In this document: one piece after another, positions 39,232 to 48,230 of the stretch
Layout: each line of letters begins with the position of its first letter
How positions within the stretch are numbered: the stretch's first letter is position 1
DNA from: Patescibacteria group bacterium
GTDB lineage: Bacteria > Patescibacteriota > Saccharimonadia > UBA4664 > SCTI01
DNA length: 64,000 nt
Direction: 5' to 3'
NCBI GenBank assembly: GCA_004297735.1
Contig: SCTI01000001.1
Coordinates: forward strand, 51,467 to 115,466
Position numbers and translations under genes: made by a program
The notes under the pieces: model-generated
Told to the model about the DNA's origin: nothing
The model's input: the letters and a program-made list of their open reading frames with translations, nothing else
The model's database searches: none

Positions 39232-42200
39232 GTGAGTACAAAAACTGCCGAGGCGGCACCTAAATCAGTGTCGTCAGCCACGCAATTTGTGCATTTGCAT
39301 AACCATGGCCATTACAGCTTACTGGATGGCCTGCAAAAGGTGCCGCAGATGCTGGATCGCGCTAAAGAATTAGGTATGAACGCGATTGCGATGACCGATC
39401 ATGGCACGTTGTCGGGCATTGTAGAGTTTTACAGCGAGGCCAAAAAACGCGACATCAAGCCAATAATTGGACTTGAGGCGTATGTGGCTCCGCGGCGAAT
39501 GCACGATAAAACCGGCAAGGCCGACGCCAATCCGTATCACTTGATCCTGCTCGCCAAAAACCAAAAAGGCTACCAAAACTTGATGCGGCTGTCGACCAAG
39601 GCTCACCTAGAGGGGTTTTATTACAAGCCACGAGTTGACCGCGAGCTACTTGAGGAACTGCATGAAGGTATTATTGCGCTGTCCGGCTGTGCTAGCGGCG
39701 AGGTAGCGCGCCACATTTTGAATGGCGCTATGGATGAGGCTCAGGCCACCATTGAGTGGTACCGCGACACCTTTGGCAAGGATAACTACTACTTGGAGCT
39801 GCAGGACCACGAGGAGTGGGAGCCGCAAATCCGGATCAACAAGGCCCTGATTGAGCTCAGTAAAAAAACCGGAGTGCCACTGGTGGTGACCGCCGACTCT
39901 CACTACACCTGCCGCGACGATCGCGAGGCCCACGAGATCCTACTGTGTGTTCAAACCGGCAAAACCATTGGTGATACCGACCGGATGGAGATGGACATGG
40001 CGCTGTTTATCTCTCCCCCCGAAGAGATAGCTAAGCGCTGGGAGCACGTGCCGGAAGCGGTTAGCAATACGGTAAAGATTGCTGAGGCTTGTGAGGTCGA
40101 GTTGGAGTTAGGCAAGATTTTGATTCCGACCTTCCCGACCCCCGATGGCAAGACCGAAAAGCAGTACCTGCACGAGCTGTGCTGGCAGGGAATGATGTGG
40201 CGTTACGGCGACATTCCTAAAGAAGACATGCACCTGGTAGAAGAGGCTAAGGCGCGCAAACAGCTTGATTCGACGTTGATAGAACGGCTTGACTACGAGC
40301 TTGAGGTTATCGACAAGATGGGCTACGAGGGCTACTTCTTGATTGTGGCCGACTTTATTAACTGGGGTAAGAACCAGGGCATTATTTTTGGTCCAGGGCG
40401 TGGCTCGGCGGCCGGTTCAATTGTGGCCTACGTGATGAACATCACCGATCTTGACCCGATGAAGTATGACTTGCTGTTTGAGCGCTTCCTCAACCCCGAT
40501 CGTATTAGCATGCCGGATATTGATATTGATATCCAAGATACTCGTCGAGGCGAGGTGATTGATTACGTTACCGAAAAGTATGGGCAGGACAGAGTGGCTC
40601 AAATCATCACCTTTGGCACCATGGCGGCTCGCAACGCCGTGCGTGATACCGGTCGGGCGCTGGGCATGAGCTACGCTGAGGTTGATGCAATCGCTAAAAA
40701 GGTGCCACAGCCGGTTCAGGGGCGGCACATACCGCTTAAAAAGTCGGTGGTTGATGATCCGGAGTTGCGCGAAGAGTACAACAGCAACCCTCGTGCTAAA
40801 AATCTGATCGATCTGGCCCAAAAGCTCGAAGGTACCATCCGCAGCAACGGCGTTCATGCCGCCGGCGTGGTGATCGCGCCCGATGAGATTGTAAAGTTTA
40901 TTCCGTTGCAGCGCGCTCAAAAGGGCGGTATCTGTACTCAGTACTCAATGAACCCGGTTGAGGACTTGGGGCTGCTTAAGATGGACTTCTTGGGTCTATC
41001 CAACCTGACCATCATTAATGACGCGCTAAGAATTATTAAAAAGGTATACGGCAAAAACATTGACATCGCCGACATCCCGCTAGACGACCCCAAAACCTAT
41101 GAGCTGTTTAGCCGTGGCGATACTACCGGCGTGTTCCAGCTGGAGTCGGCCGGCATGAAGCGCTACCTTAAAGCCCTACAGCCGAGCAAGTTCGATGATA
41201 TCGTGGCGATGGTGGCGCTGTATCGTCCCGGCCCAATGCAGTTTATTGATGACTTTATTGACCGCAAACATGGTCGCAAGGAGGTTCGGTACGATCACCC
41301 AGGCATGGAGGCGGCGTTGGGTAATACCTACGGCATCTTGGTCTACCAGGAACAGTTTATGCAGATCAGTAAGGATATGTGTGGCTTTACCGGTGGTCAG
41401 GCCGATACCTTGCGTAAGGCCATTGGTAAGAAAAAGCGCGACGTGATGGCCAAAATGAAGACCGCCTTCATTGATGGCATGGTTGAGCATAGCCAGGTGA
41501 GTCAGGCCTTTGCCGAAAAGTTTTGGGGCCAGCTCGAAGCTTTTGCCGATTACTGTTTTAACAAGAGTCACTCGGCCTGCTACGCGCTAATCGCGGTGTG
41601 GACCGCCTACCTTAAGGCAAACTACCCCAGCGCCTTTATGGCCGCGCTCATGACCAGCAACTCCGACAACATCGATAAGATCTCAATGGAGATCAACGAG
41701 TGCCGCCGCATGGGTATTAAGGTGTTGCCGCCGGACGTTAACCACAGCTTTCTTGAGTTTAGCGTCATGCCGGAAACCAACGACATTCGCTTTGGCTTGA
41801 GCGCGGTTAAGAACCTGGGAGTTGGCCCGATCGAAGCAATCATTGCCGCGCGCGAAACCAAGGGTTCATTTAAGACCGCCGAGGACTTTGCCAAGCGGGT
41901 TAACGCCCAAGAGGTCAATCGTAAGGGATGGGAGGCCTTAATTAAGGTGGGCGCCATGGATAGCTTTGGCGCCGAACGCGGCACCCTACTCTACAACCTC
42001 GACACCATCACCGGATATGCCTCTAAAGCCCAAAAGCATGCTCTTAGCGGCCAGATCGACATTTTTGGTTCGCTCGGCATGGAGGATGACATGCCTGGTT
42101 TGCGGCTGGACATTCCGCCAACCACCGTTAGTAACCGCGAGCAGCTGGCCTGGGAGAAGGAGCTAATTGGTCTATACCTGTCGAGCCATCCGTTAGACGA

Positions 42201-42927
42201 TTATGCCGCCTACTTAAACGACAAGGTGGTACCCCTGGGCTTAATTACCGGCAAGCATGAGGGCAAGTCGGTTCAGGTTGGCGGTTTAATCACCACGGTG
42301 CGTAAGATCACCACCAAAAACAACGCTATGATGGCCTTTGTTGGGATCGAAGACAAAAGTGGTGATTTGGAGCTAATCGTCTTCCCCAAGGCTTACGAAA
42401 AAAACCCCGAGCTATGGCAGCCCGACACAGTGGTTGAGGTTAATGGCAAAATCAACACCAAAGATCGTGACGGCAAGCCCGGCGGCGAGATTAAGATTAT
42501 GGTTGATGAGGCCAAGGTGATCGACTACGACAAGGCCAAGGCCTACAAGCCAAGTGGTAAGCCCAACGCGCTTAAGATCGTATTTGAGCGCAGCGCCGGG
42601 GTGCCAAAGGAGGAGGTAGAGGGTGAGATGATTGGGGCCGTACCGCTAGGCGCACCGGAGCTGGCATCGGTTGTGAGCGAGGCTCCAGCTAAGAATACTG
42701 CGCTGATGATTAAGCTAAATAAGATTTCAAGTACCGAGGTGCTGACTAGTATTAAAACGATTATTGCCGGCGCCCCGGGAACCGATCCAGTATTCCTAAT
42801 CATGCCTGGCGAGCCACCCAAGAAAATTAAGCTACCGGTCACCGTGCAGGTTGATGACGACCTGATTAGCCGACTCAAACAGGTGGTTAATGAAGGTGTG
42901 GTTGCCCGCGCGACATACAGCGTTTAG
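39232..42927 (+). CDS. dnaE: DNA polymerase III alpha subunit
   Basis: PHP domain (HLHNHGHYSLLDG), palm and fingers, OB fold. 1231 aa. GTG start after a GGGGAG RBS. Confidence 0.95.
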   Translation: MSTKTAEAAPKSVSSATQFVHLHNHGHYSLLDGLQKVPQMLDRAKELGMNAIAMTDHGTLSGIVEFYSEAKKRDIKPIIGLEAYVAPRRMHDKTGKADANPYHLILLAKNQKGYQNLMRLSTKAHLEGFYYKPRVDRELLEELHEGIIALSGCASGEVARHILNGAMDEAQATIEWYRDTFGKDNYYLELQDHEEWEPQIRINKALIELSKKTGVPLVVTADSHYTCRDDREAHEILLCVQTGKTIGDTDRMEMDMALFISPPEEIAKRWEHVPEAVSNTVKIAEACEVELELGKILIPTFPTPDGKTEKQYLHELCWQGMMWRYGDIPKEDMHLVEEAKARKQLDSTLIERLDYELEVIDKMGYEGYFLIVADFINWGKNQGIIFGPGRGSAAGSIVAYVMNITDLDPMKYDLLFERFLNPDRISMPDIDIDIQDTRRGEVIDYVTEKYGQDRVAQIITFGTMAARNAVRDTGRALGMSYAEVDAIAKKVPQPVQGRHIPLKKSVVDDPELREEYNSNPRAKNLIDLAQKLEGTIRSNGVHAAGVVIAPDEIVKFIPLQRAQKGGICTQYSMNPVEDLGLLKMDFLGLSNLTIINDALRIIKKVYGKNIDIADIPLDDPKTYELFSRGDTTGVFQLESAGMKRYLKALQPSKFDDIVAMVALYRPGPMQFIDDFIDRKHGRKEVRYDHPGMEAALGNTYGILVYQEQFMQISKDMCGFTGGQADTLRKAIGKKKRDVMAKMKTAFIDGMVEHSQVSQAFAEKFWGQLEAFADYCFNKSHSACYALIAVWTAYLKANYPSAFMAALMTSNSDNIDKISMEINECRRMGIKVLPPDVNHSFLEFSVMPETNDIRFGLSAVKNLGVGPIEAIIAARETKGSFKTAEDFAKRVNAQEVNRKGWEALIKVGAMDSFGAERGTLLYNLDTITGYASKAQKHALSGQIDIFGSLGMEDDMPGLRLDIPPTTVSNREQLAWEKELIGLYLSSHPLDDYAAYLNDKVVPLGLITGKHEGKSVQVGGLITTVRKITTKNNAMMAFVGIEDKSGDLELIVFPKAYEKNPELWQPDTVVEVNGKINTKDRDGKPGGEIKIMVDEAKVIDYDKAKAYKPSGKPNALKIVFERSAGVPKEEVEGEMIGAVPLGAPELASVVSEAPAKNTALMIKLNKISSTEVLTSIKTIIAGAPGTDPVFLIMPGEPPKKIKLPVTVQVDDDLISRLKQVVNEGVVARATYSV

Positions 42928-43194
42928 CTACGCAGCTTGAGGAGTTAAAGCTCTAATACTCCAACTTTGGGATGATTTTCTTGCTTCAACCAGAGGCCGC
43001 CTCGCTTTCCGCAGGAAGCCAATCCGAAGGCTTTCTGCGTTAAATTCCTGATCGTCGTCAACCGTAATTACAACAGTAGCCTTGTTTGGAATGTCGTCAT
43101 AAAGTTCCGGATGATCAAGGAGGTATGTATCAAATTCCTTGATTAGGCGGATGTTTTTATCGATGTATTCTCGTGTGCTCATTTTCATTCTCAT
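42928..43194 (-). CDS. hypothetical protein (AT-rich two-gene cassette, downstream gene)
   Basis: ORF of 88 aa in an AT-rich segment. Confidence 0.45.
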   Translation of the reverse strand: MRMKMSTREYIDKNIRLIKEFDTYLLDHPELYDDIPNKATVVITVDDDQEFNAESLRIGFLRKARRPLVEARKSSQSWSIRALTPQAA

Positions 43195-43201
43195 AGTATA
43201 C

Positions 43202-43537
43202 CTACTTTCTCTTTAATGCTAACTCGTAGATTCTTCTAAAATCTCGAAAACTTTCCTCTATGTTTTCTTGGCCCCAAGTTAGAGCCTCATTGGCATTTAT
43301 ATGGGGCAAATTATGTACAGTTTCACCACGCCTTGGATGGTATCTGTGGATGTGAGGAGCTTGGCCATGAGCGTTATCAATTTTGATGATTAACCGCCAT
43401 TTACCCTCAATGAGCGCCTCGTACATAATCGCGAACTCCTTAACGACTCCCCTGTAGGTAACGATGCGGCGAATCTCGCGATCTTGCACTGTTAGGGTTA
43501 CATTGAACTTTCTGCTCCGCAGATTCGTGCCACTCAT
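43202..43537 (-). CDS. hypothetical protein (AT-rich two-gene cassette, upstream gene), His-rich motif HIHRYHPRRGETVH
   Basis: ORF of 111 aa. Family not recognised. Confidence 0.45.
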   Translation of the reverse strand: MSGTNLRSRKFNVTLTVQDREIRRIVTYRGVVKEFAIMYEALIEGKWRLIIKIDNAHGQAPHIHRYHPRRGETVHNLPHINANEALTWGQENIEESFRDFRRIYELALKRK

Positions 43538-43661
43538 TTATCGCAACTTACTTTTGAGCATAAGCCGAACTGTAACAGACTTACATTAACAAAAGATTAA
43601 CGCCCGTTAGCCACTTTAACTTCTTGATCTGTTCAACAGATTGTGTTACATTACTTGGGTT

Positions 43662-44303
43662 ATGCATCCCGCAATTACCAAATTAGAAGCAGCATCGCGT
43701 AAGCCGGCCATCGCCCAAGTGCAGTCCGGTGATACCGTGCGTGTTCATCAACTGATTCGCGAAGGCAGCAAGCAGCGCGTTCAGGTTTTTGAAGGCGTGG
43801 TTATCCGTACCGACCGTATGGGCAGCACCACCGCTTCGATTACCGTTCGCCGAATCGCCAGTGGTGTTGGTGTCGAAAAGAGCTTTTTAATGCATTCACC
43901 AAACGTCGAAAAGGTTGAGGTAATTCGCCGCAGTAAGGTGCGCCGCAACTTTATGAGCTTTTTACGTGATCGCCGCGGTAAGTCGGCCCGCCTCAAGGAG
44001 GTTTCGTTTGATCGTACCGCCGCTAACGTCCAGCCGGTTAAGGATGAGGTGGTAGCTGAGGATCCCCTAGCTAGCGACGAAGAGCTTGATGCCGAGGTGA
44101 CTGAGTTGAACGTTGAGGAGACCCAAGAGGTTCACCCAGAAACCTCAACCGAGGAGATTGCCAAAGAAGAGGAAAAGGCCGCCGCTGCCGATGAGCCAAG
44201 CGCTGATGATGGTGATGGCGACGAGTCGGTAGCCGAGCAAGAAGAGGCCGAGAGTGGTGCCGACCGCGCTGAGGCCGAGGAAGACCGCGAGTCGACCAAG
44301 TAA
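43662..44303 (+). CDS. rplS: 50S ribosomal protein L19 with an acidic C-terminal extension of about 100 aa
   Basis: L19 core (TVRVHQLIREGSKQRVQVFEGVVI...). Tail rich in E/D/A. Confidence 0.85.
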   Translation: MHPAITKLEAASRKPAIAQVQSGDTVRVHQLIREGSKQRVQVFEGVVIRTDRMGSTTASITVRRIASGVGVEKSFLMHSPNVEKVEVIRRSKVRRNFMSFLRDRRGKSARLKEVSFDRTAANVQPVKDEVVAEDPLASDEELDAEVTELNVEETQEVHPETSTEEIAKEEEKAAAADEPSADDGDGDESVAEQEEAESGADRAEAEEDRESTK

Positions 44304-44325
44304 TTTATTACCGATAAAAAAATAA

Positions 44326-44347
44326 GCCGCCCGAAAGGGCGGTTTTT
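44326..44347 (+). terminator. intrinsic terminator GCCGCCC-GAAA-GGGCGG plus TTTTT
   Basis: Read directly. Confidence 0.7.
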
Positions 44348-44361
44348 GGTATGCTGGGATA

Positions 44362-44991
44362 ATGAAAGCGCTACCAACCAACCAGCTTGAACTCGAGATT
44401 CAGACTCAGGGTTACAATCTGGTCGCCGGTATCGATGAGGTTGGTCGTGGTCCGGCGGCTGGGCCGGTAACAATAGCGGCGGTGATCTTGCAGCCAGATG
44501 CGAAGTTTGAGGGCCTGCAAGATTCCAAGCTGGTTTCGCCTAAACGCCGGCTTGATCTGGATCGCCAAATTAGGCAGCAGGCCATAGCGATTGGTATTGG
44601 CTGGGCTAGTAGTCGTTATATCGATGAAAAGGGAGTTACTGCTGCATTAAGATTTGCTGGTTCTCAAGCCATAAATCAGCTTTCTGTGTCACCAAATGCC
44701 CTAATCTTAGATGGAGTACATAATTATTTAATGTTGCCGTGTCACACTGTAACTATGGCAAAAGCAGATCAAACCTCAACCTGTGTGGCCGCGGCTTCAA
44801 TTATTGCTAAGGTGGCGCGCGATCGTTATATGGAGCTACTCCATGAGTCTTATCCGCAGTATGGCTTTGCCGGTCATAAGGGCTACTTGGCGGCTAGTCA
44901 CATGGAAGCGTTAAGGCAATATGGTCCATCCCCTCATCACCGCTACAGCTGGGCGCCGGTGAGGGAGGTGGCGCGTGCCTTCGACCACTGA
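44362..44991 (+). CDS. rnhB: ribonuclease HII
   Basis: GIDEVGRGPAAGPV is the RNase HII DE...D active-site N-terminus. Confidence 0.9.
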   Translation: MKALPTNQLELEIQTQGYNLVAGIDEVGRGPAAGPVTIAAVILQPDAKFEGLQDSKLVSPKRRLDLDRQIRQQAIAIGIGWASSRYIDEKGVTAALRFAGSQAINQLSVSPNALILDGVHNYLMLPCHTVTMAKADQTSTCVAAASIIAKVARDRYMELLHESYPQYGFAGHKGYLAASHMEALRQYGPSPHHRYSWAPVREVARAFDH

Positions 44992-45340
44992 GACCGGCCG
45001 TTGGGCCGAACAACAGGTTGCCAATCTGATAGTTAGGCGGGGTGGAGTTATTTTAGCGCAAAACTGGCGCACCAGATGGAGCGAGATCGATATTGTAGCC
45101 ACCGGTCGCTACGGAATTAGATTTATTGAGGTAAAATACCGTCGTTCAACCCTGTATGGGAGTGGTTTTGAGGCAATCCTGCCAGACAAACGGCAAAGAC
45201 TTGTTCGCGCTGCCCGAGCCTGGCTGATGATTAATGGCCGGTCGGATGGCTGGGCGATTGATGTAGTCTCGGTTTTTGGCTCAACCAAGCAGTTTGAGAT
45301 CGAATATATGGCTAACGCGATTCAGGGCGATACGCTATAA
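44975..45340 (+). CDS. yraN: YraN family (UPF0102) PD-(D/E)xK endonuclease-like protein
   Basis: GR-x-AE...EIDIV...FIEVKYR is the UPF0102 pattern. Overlaps the rnhB stop. Confidence 0.75.
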   Translation: MPSTTETGRWAEQQVANLIVRRGGVILAQNWRTRWSEIDIVATGRYGIRFIEVKYRRSTLYGSGFEAILPDKRQRLVRAARAWLMINGRSDGWAIDVVSVFGSTKQFEIEYMANAIQGDTL

Positions 45341-45348
45341 TACCCAAG

Positions 45349-47145
45349 ATGACTAAACTCGATACCAGTAAAACCGAATGGGACCTGTCGCCGTTACTAG
45401 CGGGCGATGATGACCCTAAGATCGAGGAATACCGCAAGGCAGTTACCGAAAAGGTTGATGCGTTTGTTGAGAAATGGCGCGATCGGGACGACTACCTGAA
45501 AGATCCCAAGGTGCTACGCGAGGCACTGGATGAGTATGAGAGGCTTCATGCCATGCCTGGTCTTGCCTATGATGATCTTTATTTTCATTTACGCACCCGA
45601 GTGGAAACTCAAAACAAAGACTTAACCGCAAAGCTTCAGTTAGCAGAAGATTTTGCACTTAGTATCTGGAATAAAATGCAATTTTTCTCGCTAAAAATTG
45701 GTCAAATACCTGAAGACGTGCAGAAGTCGTTACTGCGAGCCGATGAGTTAAAGACGTATTATCACTGGCTAGATAAGGTTTTTAGGGCTGCTCGCTACAA
45801 ACTCAGCGAAAAAGAGGAAGCAATTTTAAACCTCACATCAACTGCCAGTTATAGCAACTGGGTAAAAATGCTTCAGCGATTTATCAGCAAAGAGGAACGG
45901 AAAGTGCTCTTTGCCGATGGATCAACTGGGAAGGCTAACTGGGAGATGCTATCCTCGCTAGCTGGCGACGATTCTGTCAAGGTTCGCCAAGCGGCTAAAG
46001 TAGCGATTGAGGATATTCAGAACAAATATGTAGACGTCGCTGAGGCTGAGCTTAATTCTGTGTTACAGAATCAAAAGGTAGGAGACGAGCTGCGGGGTCA
46101 CAAGAGGCCAGATCAGCATCGTCATATGAATGATGACATCGATAGCGATGTCGTGGATGCAGTAGTCAAGACGGTTGAGTCGCGTAATGACCTTTCAAGG
46201 CGCTTCTTTGATTTAAAGGCTAAGTTGCATAAGGTGGATCATCTTGCCTATAGCGAACGCGCGGTTGGGTATGGAGAGGCCACCGCCGAGTACCCTTATG
46301 ATCAAGCCGCGAACCTGGTAGGCGAGGTATTCCAAGAGCTCGATCCAGATTTCTATGACATTTACAGTAATATGTTGGCGACAGGCAGAGTGGACGCTTT
46401 GGCGCGCAAAAACAAAAGTGGAGGGGCTTTTTGCATTAGTATAGGCCCTCAACATCCAGTGTATGTGATGCTCAATCACACCAACACAATGCGAGATGTT
46501 GCTACCATCGCTCACGAGATGGGTCATGCTATTCATAGCACCTTAAGTATTCGGGCTCAAAACGCCCTCAACTGCGACTACCCTACTTCTGTAGCCGAAG
46601 TGGCCAGCACCTTTATGGAAGACTTTATCTATCAGCGGCTTCTCGAAGAGGCAGATGAAGAAACTGAGCTAAGTTTGCGCGTAGGCCTGCTGAATGATCT
46701 TATTGCTAGTTGTCACCGTCAAATTGCTTGTTATCAGTTTGAGCAAGATATTCATCAAGGATACAGACAAAAGGGGTATCTCTCTAAGGACGAAATAAAC
46801 GATCTATTTAATGCCCGTATGGAGGGGTATCTTGGAAAGCATGCTGAGGGTTCTGATAACTTCTGGGTGGCTTGGCCTCATATTCGTAACTACTTTTATG
46901 TCTATTCATATGCCAGTGGGATATTAATTTCTAAAGCGCTTCAGTCTAAAGTGAAGAAGGATAAAGCGTTTATTTCAAAGGTAAAAGAGTTCCTTTCCGC
47001 TGGCTCGTCAAAGTCGCCAAAAGAGATCTTTGCTGATATGGGGATAGATATTACCGATAAGGCGTTTTGGCAAGAGGGCTTAAAAGAGATTGAGCAGCAG
47101 CTCGATGAAACCGAAAAGCTAGCCAAAAAGCTCGGCAAAATTTAG
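45349..47145 (+). CDS. pepF: oligoendopeptidase F (M3B family)
   Basis: HEMGHAIH zinc motif. About 600 aa. Confidence 0.85.
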   Translation: MTKLDTSKTEWDLSPLLAGDDDPKIEEYRKAVTEKVDAFVEKWRDRDDYLKDPKVLREALDEYERLHAMPGLAYDDLYFHLRTRVETQNKDLTAKLQLAEDFALSIWNKMQFFSLKIGQIPEDVQKSLLRADELKTYYHWLDKVFRAARYKLSEKEEAILNLTSTASYSNWVKMLQRFISKEERKVLFADGSTGKANWEMLSSLAGDDSVKVRQAAKVAIEDIQNKYVDVAEAELNSVLQNQKVGDELRGHKRPDQHRHMNDDIDSDVVDAVVKTVESRNDLSRRFFDLKAKLHKVDHLAYSERAVGYGEATAEYPYDQAANLVGEVFQELDPDFYDIYSNMLATGRVDALARKNKSGGAFCISIGPQHPVYVMLNHTNTMRDVATIAHEMGHAIHSTLSIRAQNALNCDYPTSVAEVASTFMEDFIYQRLLEEADEETELSLRVGLLNDLIASCHRQIACYQFEQDIHQGYRQKGYLSKDEINDLFNARMEGYLGKHAEGSDNFWVAWPHIRNYFYVYSYASGILISKALQSKVKKDKAFISKVKEFLSAGSSKSPKEIFADMGIDITDKAFWQEGLKEIEQQLDETEKLAKKLGKI

Positions 47146-47176
47146 TCTATAATCTGTAACAACAATCATAAGCGCA

Positions 47177-47205
47177 TTGACAAAATTGACATTTGATGCT
47201 ATTAT
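47177..47205 (+). promoter_or_regulatory. near-consensus sigma70-type promoter: TTGACA-N17-TATTAT
   Basis: -35 at 47177-47182, -10 at 47200-47205. Followed by a hairpin leader at 47218-47241 and a GGAGGAG RBS. Confidence 0.5.
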
Positions 47206-47282
47206 GGCGCTTATATCCTGATGAGGCGAAATCCTCATTAGAACCCTCTGACAATCTATCACTACAATCTCCGGGAGGAGAT

Positions 47283-47735
47283 ATGAAGAGCATGAAGCGC
47301 AATGCAGCACGTCTGCTGCTGTTCGCCTTCTTCGTGGCGGGACTCGTTTTCGTCGCACTGCAGGTGCCGAAGGAAGCAGTCTTCGTGACGATTCTGGCCG
47401 CCATCACCGTCTTCGGGGTGATCAGTGCAATCATCTCGCACAAGCGGTTCGGCGCGGGCGCGGAAGTCGTTCGGGAGACGAAGAGTCTCCAAATCGATCA
47501 CGATGATTTGATCGACCAGATCAAGGCGTACAGCAACGCCGCCCGTCGGGCTGACGCCCGGAGCGACCTCGCCTACAAGCAGCGTTCGCATCCGGGCCGC
47601 TGGTTCGCCCGTGCGTTTGGGCTGCCGGACTCGAGCTCCTTGTCTATCGCCGATGGCGACATCAGGGAGTACAGGTCTCGGCGACCCATCGCCGTCACTC
47701 GGCTGACCGAGGCCGGGCCGGAGGTCGTCCGGTGA
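47283..47735 (+). CDS. hypothetical membrane protein (GC-rich islet)
   Basis: ATG after GGAGGAGAT. Two TM helices then a soluble tail. Confidence 0.5.
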   Translation: MKSMKRNAARLLLFAFFVAGLVFVALQVPKEAVFVTILAAITVFGVISAIISHKRFGAGAEVVRETKSLQIDHDDLIDQIKAYSNAARRADARSDLAYKQRSHPGRWFARAFGLPDSSSLSIADGDIREYRSRRPIAVTRLTEAGPEVVR

Positions 47736-48064
47736 CCCGGCGGCGCTGGATTCCGATCCTGATGCCGTTCGCGGTTGTCGGCGGGCTTCTGCTCGCTCGG
47801 AGGCTGCTCACCCCGGTCCCGTGGCACGAAGTGCCGCAGGAGTGGGTGCCCGGTGTATCCGATTATGGCGATTCGTCGACCATCGTCGAGGATCCGGCTC
47901 GCTCGGGGGAACCGGATCCGGATGCGCCCTGGGTGTCATTCGGGCCTCCTCTCAAGCCGACCACCCTTGGGGGTCATCGAGTTCTGGATTCCCGCCGACC
48001 CGGCGGCGTGATCTGGCTCGAAGATGCCGAGATGCCGAGAGGCCACGGCCTCGATCGGCCCTAA
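47732..48064 (+). CDS. hypothetical membrane-anchored protein (GC-rich islet)
   Basis: GTGA stop-start overlap with the upstream gene. One TM helix. Confidence 0.45.
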   Translation: MTRRRWIPILMPFAVVGGLLLARRLLTPVPWHEVPQEWVPGVSDYGDSSTIVEDPARSGEPDPDAPWVSFGPPLKPTTLGGHRVLDSRRPGGVIWLEDAEMPRGHGLDRP

Positions 48065-48230
48065 GGGCCACACTCGTCCGTTCGGACGGATCTCACTGTA
48101 AAAGGTGGGGTCCGTCCGGCGGGCGGTTTTACTTTTTAGCCATTATTTGCTAGTATAAGCGTATTCGGTCGACTGGTTGTCGGCCATTTTGTTAGAAAAA
48201 TTGAATAACAACTGAATAGAGAGAAACAAT

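Noticed and set aside
47218-47241. CUGAUGAG...GAAA in the 5' leader resembling a hammerhead ribozyme core
   Set aside because: Stem II would be only GGC with no hairpin, and there is no stem I/III or cleavage-site context. It folds instead as a simple 9-bp hairpin.
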